From the NCBI RefSeq assembly GCF_009914755.1, contig NC_060942.1: 64,000 nt of DNA. One strand, given 5' to 3'. The notes under the pieces are model-generated. The model was given only the letters and a program-made list of their open reading frames with translations, was not told where the DNA came from and ran no database searches. Shown piece after piece: positions 17,841 through 32,840 of the stretch. This DNA comes from the human T2T-CHM13v2.0 reference genome, Homo sapiens. Numbering within the stretch: the stretch's first letter is position 1; each line of letters begins with the position of its first letter. The translations under genes and the position numbers were made by a program.

Positions 17841-18529
17841 TATGAACTGATATAATGTGTATTTCAACCTTCCTTCCCAGTCCTATCCCACTCATTGTCA
17901 TGTCCTTGAACTTCTTTGCTAGACACTAGGCAATCATCAAATGATCCCATTTTAATTTCACTTCTCCATGACTACATCTGCCCTCTCAGAGATAAACTAC
18001 TAAATGGGATAATTTGGCCAACAATGACCAAAAGGCAGAAAAGAGGGGAAAGACATAGACAAGTCATGCAAAAAAGTAATCACCCTTTTACAATTTGGAG
18101 GAGGGTAATATTGACTTTCCCATGTTAACGTTAAAAAAAAAATGAGTTTAGTGACATTTAAAAGCTCCTTGGAAAAAAGTCTCTATAAAAACACGAAGCT
18201 TGTTTTTTTATTTTAAGAGCACACAGCTGTTAGTGAAATACAGACACCAGGGCAAGCAGTGACAGAGTTCCTGCACCAAAGGTCACTGGACCTCACTGCT
18301 CTGGCAGCAGCCAAGAGCCACATGGCATTAATATTGGTTTAGAGCTACAGAATCAGAATGAAAAGATGACACTGAAGAAAATCAAGTACCTTCAGGTCTA
18401 CAAAGAGCCAATTGTTCTGATCTCTTGGCACATTTGTCTGCAAAATTATAGCAAATGATACCAAGACTTAGCATTTGGGGTTGCTGCCAACACTTGTATA
18501 ACTTCTCAGTATTCCTAGTTTAATTCAAT

Positions 18530-18725
18530 TTAACTTATATTTATTAGCACCTTTTCCGGTCCGGACACTGGGCGGGAAACCTGAGAAGAACAACACCTGC
18601 TCCTCCTACCACAGAGCTCCCAGGTTGGAGAAGGAGAGAGACCCACGTGGTTTCTACAACGTGCAGCAAGATGTGATCCCTGCTCAAGAAGGATACAAAC
18701 AATGGGCTGAGGCAAGAATAACACA
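18530..18725. mobile_element. L2 3'-end fragment
   Basis: atatttattagcacctt...ggacactggg resembles the L2 terminus. Confidence 0.45.
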
Positions 18726-21547
18726 CTATAGGGCGTAGACTAGACTGAGCTCCAAAGTCTCAGTAACCAGAGAACAGTAAGCAAATAGCACAGCTGGGAT
18801 AAATCAGTCAACCCCTTCATTCCCTGCAGCCATCAAACCCTAATTCCTCCCCACCTCTGCACTCGCCTGATTTGGAAAGAGCAGCGGAGTGTTGAGGCAG
18901 TGGCTAGCTCATTCTCAGGTTCTGAGCTTAGGCAATTTTACTGTGAAAAATACTTGCTTTTTCTAAAAGCTGTTCAAAGGGGGTCCGTATAGCTTATTCA
19001 TAGAGCAAGTGATTTTTTCCCAACAGACCCCAATTCAATTTTCCCACCCGTAAAAGAAGGAAGCCAATTTCTGCTATTATCACCAGATACCATAGTTCCA
19101 TTAGCACATTTGTGCATGAGGTCTTCTGTTGAACCATTGCACACAGACCTTACCGGTATCATTTGGAGGCAGCTAAGGAAGTCTCCTCCAAATTCCCCCT
19201 CTAGCAGCAACTGGAGACCTGCCTATCCCTGCCAGGCACATCCAGGCACACTCCAGAATCCTCCCCCATGTTAGCTTGTTGCAGGCAAGACTATTTAAAG
19301 ACATCAGTGGAATTCTCACTTGACCTCCTGACTCAATGGGGAATGGTAGGGCCAGGCTTCCTCCGCAGAACCTGGTAGGTCACTTACTGCAGCCTTGGCT
19401 GAAGCACACGCAGCTGTCAGACAAACACTAGCAAGTGCCAGGATCATGCCCATGAGTGTCTGCTGCTGAAGAACCACTTGGGCTCACGCTGAATTTCCAT
19501 GACCTTGCTGTGGGCAGAGACGCAGGCGAGGACAGCAGCACCGCACTTGTCCTGCTGAGCAATCATTTTATTTCCTCTCCTAGCCTTTTCAGTCACTTGA
19601 TCCCACAGTAACTCTACTCCAGGGAAAGAATGTGACCATATTTTGAAGGTGACCCAAGAGCTCATTATACTTTTTATAAGAAAAAAAATGATATCAATTT
19701 GGTTGTCAGCTTCCATTGGTGTCTTTCAAAAGTATAGTAGCAAGGTTTTCTTTGTTAACACTCAGCATTGAGGAAATCATAAAAGTGTAGTAGTTGCCCG
19801 ATGTGCTTTAGATATTGATTCTTTGTGAATACTCCTTTTTATTGATAAAGGGAAGTGCTGAGCACAAAACTGGTTAATGTGCTTAGTTATTCAAAATGTG
19901 AACGCGGAAACAATTTGATATAACCTTCAGTGTCTTCGCTGTCAAATCCTATAGTTTGCTGACTGATTGTGAAATGCTTCTTCCTTATCTGTTGTATTTT
20001 GAATACTGCCACATTCAAGTAACTCCAGGTATTTCTAAAGCTTCTGAAATCAAAGCACTGAGGTGACTGGATTGGCTGCGGAGTATACTTAGCCAAAGAA
20101 TACGAGCTAATTGGGTGCTTGATGTGGGGAGCTGGCTGCTCCCATTCTTGATGATGTTTTGGTTTTCATGTCACTTGGCTCTCAGTATGGAGGGATCTCA
20201 GTGTGTGTTCAGAAGCACCTTTCGAAACAGTTGCAGCTTACAGGCATACAATTATGAAGAAATCCTATGTTCATAGGAAAGGAAGACGACTGTGAAAAGA
20301 CACATCTGTTCAAGGAATAATATTGCTAAATGCATAATACTGCAGGCACATTAGAAAGAAAAATGTAGTCATTACTTAGCTTGTTGACTTAATAAATGGT
20401 TAACAGAGAAATGCACTCCATTCTTGGGCTTTAGTTAATAGACTGCCTTTCTGGAGTAAGGAAAGAGAACGACTTCATGACTGCACCTGGATTTCACAGT
20501 AAAGTCATGCTTGTGCTGGAAAGAGATAAAAGAGGGAATGCTGTCACTATTTGTACAGATGCATTAAACTCAACCTTTTTCTTTTGGCAATGAATATTGC
20601 ATTTTGAAAGTGTATTTCATATGGCTCAAAGCATATACTGAATATGCATTTTGAGGGCCATTCATTAAAAACAGAGGAAGATTAAAGGAATGTGGGCTCA
20701 GCTACTGGAACGCACATTCAGGTATTGACACCTGAGATTACTGGGGAGACGGAGGCCCAGAGGCTGGACTGGAGTGTATTTCTCATATGCTAGGGGGAGT
20801 CCCCTGTCTAGATGGAGTCCCTGAGGTTCTGGTACAAATGGTGAAAAAGAGAAGATGAATTCAGGAAGTGGTCTAAAAAAATTAAAGCTGCTAAATTAAG
20901 CCACTATGAAGATTCTAAATACTAAATTATGGCATTATTATCTACTACTGAAGTATCCAAATGGTCTTGATTTTCTCATTCCACAAAAGAATTATTTTCA
21001 GTACTCTGTAAGATATATTTGAGAAACACAAAATACCCAGCTAGTGTGCAATGAAGTACCAGTACCCTTGAGGTAATGTCTTAGTTGTAACTAATCCAAG
21101 AATACCAAAATACAACCCCTTCCTATATTTCAAGAAAACAAAATAAAATTAAGAGGAACGTGAAAGTTATTGTAAACAATAATGGGAACAGTCTCGACCT
21201 TGTTGAGAAGAGAACTTTCTACAAGTGTTTCTTTTAAGTTTCCTGTCTAGTTACATGTTGAATCCAAAGCATTACTGATTTTTTTTAAAAAAGAACAGCA
21301 CAGTAATAAAAAGAGGATGCAGGGAGGGCTCATAATGAATTTGTAAGAGCTTGGGCATCATTAGGCAAGCATAACCGAAAGCCATTAACATGAACCTTGC
21401 TATGCAGATTTTTTTAGTAGTGCCATAGGAATCTGCTTGCAAGGAGAGAGCTGATTTCCTATATGCCTCTAGACTCACTCCTTATTTCAGCACAGGACAG
21501 AAAATAAAAGGCAAACTGGAGTACCATCAGGGTATTTCTTGAAACTC

Positions 21548-21847
21548 TTTTTTTTTTTTTTTTTTTGGAGATGGAGTCTCACTCTGTCACCCAGCCTGGA
21601 GTGCAGTGGCATGATCTCGGCTCAACGCAATCTCCATCTCCCAGGTTCAAGCGATTCTCCTGCCCCAGCCTTCTGAGTAGCTGGGATTACAGGCACCCAC
21701 CACCATGCCTGGCTAATTTTTGTATTTTTAGTAGAGACGGGGTTTTGCCATGTTGGCCAGACTGGTCTTGAACTCCTGACCTCAGGTGATCCGTCTGCTT
21801 CAGCCTCCCAAAGTGCTGGGATTATAGGCATGAACCACCGTGCCCGG
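21548..21847 (-). mobile_element. AluSx-like
   Basis: Full Alu; TSD tgaaactctt. Confidence 0.95.
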
Positions 21848-22688
21848 TGAAACTCTTAAGAGAAACATAGATTATGAAAACTATAAGGCGATACAAGCTT
21901 TGAGGGTGTGAGCTGTAGCTGCTGACGGGACATCACTTACTCACCCATGTTCTTTGGTCTTGAGTGACTTGGGTTCCTCAGAAGTCAGTGTGCCCGGACA
22001 TGGCACTGTGGGGAAGTCTCTGTTATCTTCCCGTCTCCTAAAGGTCATGCCCACCACCCTATGTATGCCCGGGGGTGGTGGCTCAAATGATATTTGTTGT
22101 GGCAGATTAATCAAGAAGATTAAGAAGAGGCTCTGCGGGGTGGTGGGAAAGCTCTGAGCTGAGAGCAGGCACATGGATCACATGGCGCTTACTGTGCATA
22201 TGTGTCCTGAGCCTGAGCAGGTGACATCGGGACAGGATGATGGGACGGGGGCAAAGGAGTGAGGCTCAGCTAAACACGATGCAATCCTGTGACAGCCCTG
22301 CCCGAAGAGATGTGTAGACAAGTGCAAAGGCGTTTAGGTGAAATTATGGGATGGCAGAGATGTGGCATTACTGCAATGGTGTGGGGAATGCACAGTCCAG
22401 CATGACAGTTACAGACATGATGCTTCCTTTGTTTTGCTTTGTCTTGAAGGGAAATTTGTGAATCCCACAGTCTCAGAGCAGGCTGCTTTATAACACCTTT
22501 GTGACATCTGCCCTTTTCATTTTTCTATTTTCTTTACCAAAATCTAAGAGGATAGGCAAGCACATGGAAGGAGTCATGATACCTGGAGACACTGTGTGTC
22601 CTGGCTTCGAAAAGTGTTCCCAAGCCTCTCCTTTACCACATTATGGGCCAGGATCCTTCCCGAGGTTTCAGAAAGGACCCTGGGCTGG

Positions 22689-23110
22689 CAGTGGTTCTCA
22701 ATGTTGGCTGTTCATCAGAATACCTCCTGGTATTTAAAAAAAAAGATTTGAAAGATTTTAATATAGTTGGTCTGGGTTAGACCTGGGCTTCTTACTTTGC
22801 TTAAAGCAAAGTAGGTAATTCTGTGGCTCACTCTGGGTTGTGAAATGATGATGCCGGCTATTACCTAAACCGTCAGATATAGGACCATGAAGCCAATGGG
22901 GCTGTGAGCCTGGCCATTGAAAGAGGCCAGTGAAAGAGGCGGGTCTCTGGCCCTGGTCAGCAGACAGGGGCCCTGCTGGTGCCTGGTGATTAGACTCATC
23001 TGTGCATTTGTTAAAAGGGTAGAGCCCCAGCTCCTTTGGCATGCTTTCAGATTCAGTGAGCCAGGGTAGGGCCTGGCATGTGTGGGCCTAACAAACACTC
23101 TAGGTGTCTC
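22689..23110. mobile_element. MER5-like hAT fragments (probably two)
   Basis: Starts with the MER5 terminus cagtggttctcaa; later gattcagtgagccagggtagggcctggcatgtg...aacaaacactctaggtg. Confidence 0.55.
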
Positions 23111-24427
23111 CTATCACAACACAAACAGGAGAATAGTTGGTCTCGCAGAACGTGTGCCCACTGGAAAATGAAAGCTCTGGTCTCCAGATTCAGCTGCTCC
23201 TGGCTCTCTCTGCCACTGGAGACTGCACGCCTTGATGGCTGTTATCTTTGCACCCAGCATAGGGGAGATAAGAATAATGTATCAAATGGACAAATGAGAA
23301 AGTGAAAGAGCATGCAAGATCACCCACCTCTCCACCCCACCTCTCTGGGCCTCAGAGAGGGTGGGGTGATCTTGCTTTACACTCCTTTCAGCTTTGAAAT
23401 TCTATGACTGCATTCTATCTCTGATTTAATGCCTTGGTAAATAGATATTGGGCTTATAATTACTGTGATTACTCAAGAAAAGCAAAAATCACTGTGGAGC
23501 ATTGTGGAGATGGGTCGAGATCAGTATGAGTGCTTTGATATCCCTTCCAGCACACCAGAAAAGGTAATTTTAATTTTGGTTGATGTTCAAAAATATAAAA
23601 AGAGCGAGCAGTATTGTGGGTGAATCTAGGGGTTTATAGACCTCCAAACTGCCTGGATTCCATCTCTAATTTTTTAATGGATTGGAAGCTCAGAGGGAAA
23701 AGCCTCTGTTTCGCTTTTTTAATTGACTGATTAACCACTTCTCTGATTCATGTTTCTGGACGAGATGAAATTCCTAGTTATGCTTTCCCTTAAAAACAAG
23801 CAAACAAACAAAAACACTTCTGGGTTTGATTTAATTAAATGATTTGGGCACTTAGAGCTGAAATCTTTCCTCTTGTTTAAAAAAGCATAGTGTATTCCAA
23901 AGTGTGAGTTGAGGAAATACAATAATAAAATTCATACCTCTTACATAGCCCTTCCTTATCTACCTGCACATGTGAATCAAATTTGATTTTTGTTATAAAT
24001 TTTCAAAAGTAACTTCTGCAAATCAACACATATGAAGCTGCAAAATAAGTCTTTGGTATCTTTGATTCTTAATAATGTTGTTCCTCTCTCCACCTCCACT
24101 GTTTTAGTCAAAGCTACAAATTGATGTTATTTACACTGTGGAAATCAGAAATTAAGGACTTAATTTGGTTTTGATTAACCTTAGTTATGAAAGGATAGGT
24201 TACAATTGCACATGATAACAATTCTTAAATAATATTGCTGTCATATTGTTGCCATATACTTTGAGAATTCAAAGTCTAGTTCTGGTATTATCCTCTTCAG
24301 CCACAATATATGAGAAAGTTAAGGATTTCCTTTCTGGAAGTCACAGGAATAGTATAAACAAAGAATTTATCCAAGAAAGATAACAGTCTTCCGTATGTTT
24401 AATGTTTATGCTCTCTTGTTTTCATAA

Positions 24428-24809
<382 letters not shown>

Positions 24810-24986
24810 CAGAAATTTTTTATTGTTCATTTGACTATATAATATGTTGATTATAGAAAACTGAGTTTGCTCAGTTTGTGAATGAACTTATCATGCTCTT
24901 GTTGATTAATTTGCCACAACAAATATCACTTGAGCCAGCTTTCTTCTACAGCTGGAGAAGGAAACTAGCTCCATTTCTGATAGTCA

Positions 24987-25198
<212 letters not shown>

Positions 25199-25257
25199 GA
25201 ATAAGCAGATTTATCTTTATGTCAGGTGATCTTGGTTCCTTAACAGTCATCACCTAT

Positions 25258-25905
25258 TGTGCAAAGGCTGAGGATGAATTTGACAAAATCACACAGTATG
25301 TGTGCATCAAAATGTTGGCCCAGCAGGTCTGAATGCTCAGCAGTTGCTCAGATCCTGCACATTCTAAAGAAAGGCTTGGGTTTTGAATGGTTCCTGGGAG
25401 ATAACCTCCAAGCCCTTGGAACATCCTGCCTGATAAAAGGGTGCACTTTCCTGGGGCCTTGAGCCACATCAGATAGTCTGTCCTATCAGTGTCATTTATG
25501 GTGTGGGCCTTGGGTGACATGTTAACCATCTGACCTCTGGAGAAGCTGGAGTCTGAAGTACAAAGGTCAGCCACATGGGCACTCCATGATGAGTGACTCC
25601 CAATAAAACCCCTGGACAGCAAGGCTCAGGGGGGCTTCCCTGGTGGGTGGCACTTTATACCTGCTGTCATACATCCTTGCTGTAAGAATTAAGCACCATC
25701 TCTACAACTCCATTAGAAGAGGACGGCTGAAACTTGTGCCTGGGCTTTCCTTGATTCTGCCATATGCTCCTTTTATTTTGCTGATTTTGTTTATATCATT
25801 TTGTAGTAATAAACCATATCCCTGAATAAACAGATTTCCTGAGATCCGTGAGTCCTTCTAGCAAATTGTCATACTGGATGATGGTCTTGGGAACTCCCCA
25901 AAACC
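25258..25905 (+). mobile_element. MER21-like ERVL LTR
   Basis: ttcctgggagataacctccaagcccttggaacatcctgcctgataa...ccaataaaacccctggac...gtgagtccttctagcaaatt...ggtcttgggaactcccc. Confidence 0.8.
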
Positions 25906-26139
25906 ATGAATTAAAGAATAAACTTTATTAAGAAAGCAGAAACTTACAAGCCAAGAGTCATCAAGGAGGAGAAGCCACAGGTTCCCAGATTTCCTCTTGA
26001 TGCAGAGAGGGTCAAAGGAAGCCAGGGACAAGGTATTTGGCTGGCCATGCATGGGAGGTGTGTCTGTCTAGAGGAGAACTCACTTCTCTGGTAGTTCTCC
26101 CTTTTTATACGGAAATCATGAGCACACTAATTAGATCCC

Positions 26140-26483
26140 TGTATTAGTCCATTTTCATGCTGCTGATAAAGATGTACCTGAGACTGGGCAACTTACAAAA
26201 GAAAGAGGTTTATTGGACTTACAGTTCCATGTGGCTGGGGAAGCCTCACAATCATGGCAGAAGGTGAAAGGCACATCTCACATGGCAGCAGACAAGAGAA
26301 GGGCTTGTGCAGGGAAACTCTCATTTTTATATAACCATCAGATCTTGTGAGACTTACTCACTATCATGAGAACAGCATGGGAAATACCTGCCCCAATGAT
26401 TCAATTACCTCCCACCGGGTCCCTCCCACAATATGTGGGAATTCAAGATGATATTTGGAAGGGGACACGGCCAAACTGTATCA
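26140..26483 (-). mobile_element. THE1 (A/B-like) solo LTR
   Basis: TG...CA termini, THE1 body sequence, and a perfect 5-bp TSD ATCCC (26135-26139 and 26484-26488). Confidence 0.92.
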
Positions 26484-26742
26484 ATCCCTTTGGTGGCTTC
26501 TTGGCTGGTTTTTGTGTTAGGAATTGCCAAAGAAAGCCAGCTACTCAGCACCGAGAGATCTTGGGCATCATTAGTCCCAGAGAAGACAATCTGGAGTTTC
26601 ATTTACTCTTCTGGAAAAAACAGTGAAACTCTGGTCCCACAGGCTCATTATATAGGCAGCCCAGAGTGAACTCCCACATTATTTTTGTGCACTGTAAACA
26701 ACGCTTTGACTACATGTTGGACATATCACAGTTTCCTTCTGA

Positions 26743-27069
<327 letters not shown>

Positions 27070-27159
27070 CAATCTCAGTTATTCTAAACCTGTCTGAGAT
27101 ACCAGAGTTAATGTCAAATATTTTATTCATGTATTCATAGGTAAGACCTTCAAGTCATA

Positions 27160-27910
<751 letters not shown>

Positions 27911-29953
27911 TTGGGAATCACTAGCAAAACAAACAGGAAGAAGTTAGGAAAAAATCGACTCTCCTGTGAAGGGTTTCAGTCAAAACTGGTGATTCTTTTT
28001 CTTGAAGTTGTGATACTCAAAGTGCTATGCTCAGCCATCTCAAAAATTCCCATATGCAGTAATGCTTACTTTTTCCAGATGCTAGATAAAGGGGCTATTA
28101 CTATTCTATATTTCACATCTGTATTTGTGAAAACCCTTGAAATTATTGGTTGATGAAAAGAAGTTTTCTCTAATCACACAGAAATTCCAGCTAGCAGGGC
28201 CAAGTGTTCCAAGTGGACACTTACGCACTTCTGCCTTTTGCTCTCCTAACTGGCAGCAATTTAACAGGCAGCCTACCCTCTGCCTACTCTCCTAACTGGC
28301 AGCAATTTTAATCGTCATCAAGTACAGATCCGTAACAGTATGGGACAAGACTCACCGAAATATAGTTGGACAAGTCTCAATTCATGTCCTTTCCCCTCTT
28401 TTTCCTTCTCCATGTGTTTTAATTTGTTTCTATCTTGGGGCACATCATTACGTTTTCAAGCTACATGTTTAAAACTGGAGCAAAGGATAGCAAAACCAAC
28501 ATTCGTGTTAGATTACCTCTTAGCACTGTGGAAAGGAAAATTTTCCTTGAGTCTGTCATTTAATGAATACATTTCAGAGTGTGAAATTTGATCAACAGAA
28601 TTTCAGAGTTAGCCCTGCACATTCTCCTACCTACACACTACTGATACTTGCTCCAACGCAGGGTGTCTTGCTGGCAAGCGGCCTAAAAGGCTTCTCTATA
28701 TGTTGTGTGTGTATTCTATTGGACTTCTTGTCTGAATTACTAAGATCTCTCTAAGTTAAGCAGAGGGCAATAGCCTTCTTTTGGAACTCTAGCTAAAAAT
28801 CGTCTTTTATTTTGGCCTCATCTTGCATTCTCTCCACAGGCATGGAAACGCCATAAAGTCATGCATACTGAGGAATGATGGCCCTGTAGATTCTTACTCT
28901 TGGTAAGGGGCAGAGAAACCATCCTATAACCTGTGACCTGTTTTCTCACAAGTCACCAGGAGATGGGGAATTCCTTCCTGAGATGAATGGTAGGGTGTGA
29001 TATTCATTGTTTCCGTTACACAAAATGATAAATAATTTTGAAAACCAAAGAAAGAGTTCCACTGGCATGTATGTGTGCTTACTTTTTTCACATATTGATC
29101 AAATAATCTGATTGCTGTTTACATCTTGCTAATGCATACGAGGTCTTTTGAACAAATCTTGCACTCGTAATTTAAACTGCAGAGACAGCCACAGAATTTT
29201 ATCTTCTCACTGGGAAACTATTTTCTCCATATGTGTTTTGATGATGACAGGCCTTTTTCCATCTTGCGGCTGTTCTTCCTTGGGGGAATAGAAATGTAAG
29301 GAATAATTTCTGATTTGATATTTGCTGTTCTACTCACGTACCACTGCAGTTTAAAAACTACCTACAAACTTGCCAACAATTTACTTTTAAAACTACACTT
29401 TGGGAAAACAAGAGGCAAAAAGGAAGAGAAGGAAGACTCTTAAAATAATACATTTGAGAATATATGTGAAATATTTGGAAGGATGTGATTCACTAATTCT
29501 CCTGGGTGCATAACATTGCATAAAGCTACATATATGGGGCTTGGTTAAGGCCATTTCTAAGCTAAAATTTTATAATTCTGCAGATAGGAAGTACCATTGT
29601 AAGCAAAAATGTATTCTTCTATATCTCACATAATTCAAAATTGTCATAGTTCATCACTATTCTAGAAAACAATGATGGGTGTTTCTGTTTACTAGTTAAA
29701 ATGACACAGCCATAAGAAAGTAGCATAAACACAATTCAGAATTCACAGGGTTTATCGGCTTTGAAACTATAATTTTTAATATTTTTAAACTTAGAGGATT
29801 GACATTATTCTGAATTTTTTGCAAAATCAAGACTTAGTTAATATCACACTACTTGAAGTCTTTAAAACTCAAAATTTTATATAACGTAATGATACTGTAT
29901 AATGCAGAGAAGTGTTAGTTTGATACCAAAGGAAATAAAAAATTGTACATTGG

Positions 29954-30247
<294 letters not shown>

Positions 30248-30419
30248 TTGCACATTGTGCACAATTCCATAGGTCAAAGGATGGCCAAACATTTATATTT
30301 CTTTCTTCTCTTAATATTACCAGGCTAATACCCATACAATAGTTGCAGACTCTAGACCTAGAACAAACAAATCTTAAAATTTGTCTTTTTTGTCATACAT
30401 ATCTTTTTAAAACATTTGT

Positions 30420-31345
30420 GCTCACTTTCAGAAACAAGAGGCTCACCTGGTGCCAATAACCAGCCCATTGATTTCTTCTTCTTTCTCCCTCAAACATGAT
30501 CCTTCTCCCTTGTTCTCCATCTCAGTGAAAAGCACTTACATCTAGCCTGAACCCTGAGACTCATTCCAGCCATCTGCCTCACTCAATCTGCTCAGCTTAC
30601 CTATCACCCAATCCTGAGGCTCTACCCCCAAAATCCTCTTCTCCGTCTCTTCTGCTGCTCCTTGGCCAAGCCACTACCATGCCTCCTCAATCTGGTCTCC
30701 CTACTTTCTTCCCTGGGCCTCCCTTTTAAATCTATCCCCCACACAGGAGCTGAGAGGTATTTAAAAATGCACATTGGATCATGTTCCACCAGTGCTTAAA
30801 GACTTTTAATATGTGCTTGCAATACAAGAAAAATCCTTACATTTGATCTACCAGCCCTTGCAGACCCTGGCTCCATCCAACTACTTCTTCATTTGCTGCA
30901 CAACATTTTGTTCTCTCAGGAATGTACACACACACTGGCCTTCTAGCTCCTGAAGCCATGGGCCACTGGCCTAGCTCAGGACCTTCAAACACACGGTTCC
31001 CTCTCCATGCAATGATCTGCCTGGCCAAAGCCCACTCACCCTTCAGGTTTTAGCTGAAATAGACCTTCTCAGAAAACCTTTTACTTTTCCTTCATAGTAC
31101 TTAACCACAATTGAAATGACACATATATGTGTGTCTATATGTATGTGTGTACCATCAAATGTAATTGAATTCATTATATAAATGTGTGTACAAACACACA
31201 CACAGATAGATGTGTACCTTGTGTAATGTGTATCTCTCATGACAACAGGCAACATACCTACCCTATCTCACTGCTGCATTACCCAGCATATAACCTTCCT
31301 AGCATACATTAGGCACTTAATACATTCTATTGAATATATTCATAT
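30420..31345. mobile_element. L2 fragment with an embedded TG/CA low-complexity tract
   Basis: Pyrimidine-rich L2 text (ctcaggaccttcaaacacacggttccctct), ending cattaggcacttaatacattctattgaat. Confidence 0.65.
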
Positions 31346-31798
31346 CTAATTATTAAGAATCATTAATTTCTAATTTGTTCCTTAGTTGAAATTCATTTTA
31401 TCAATCGAATGCCAGGTGTGTACACCTGATTAAGGAGTGCCTTTAGTGCAAAGTTATGTTACATTAAAAAGTACTGTACTGAGAACCAAAGAATAAACAT
31501 ATGAAGCACTCATCACCTAACTTTAACACTAAGGGTGCATGCATAATTAAACCTCCAGTCATGAGTTCAATAAATAAGTGATTAGCTTGAGGACAGCACG
31601 GCCACCATTGGCAGTATCATCTCATTACTGTTTGGTAGAGGACATCATCATCTAGCCGCAGTTTAGCTACATGTATGTCTGAGTTAGTGGTTTGTGGAAG
31701 AAATAATAACAATAATGATTAAATAATGACAATTATGTAAGTATAAGTAATAGTTGTTGAGTACTTACCATGAGTCAGGTCCATTTAAATCTTACTAG

Positions 31799-32112
<314 letters not shown>

Positions 32113-32129
32113 GTACATAGTTATTCTTA

Positions 32130-32840
<711 letters not shown>

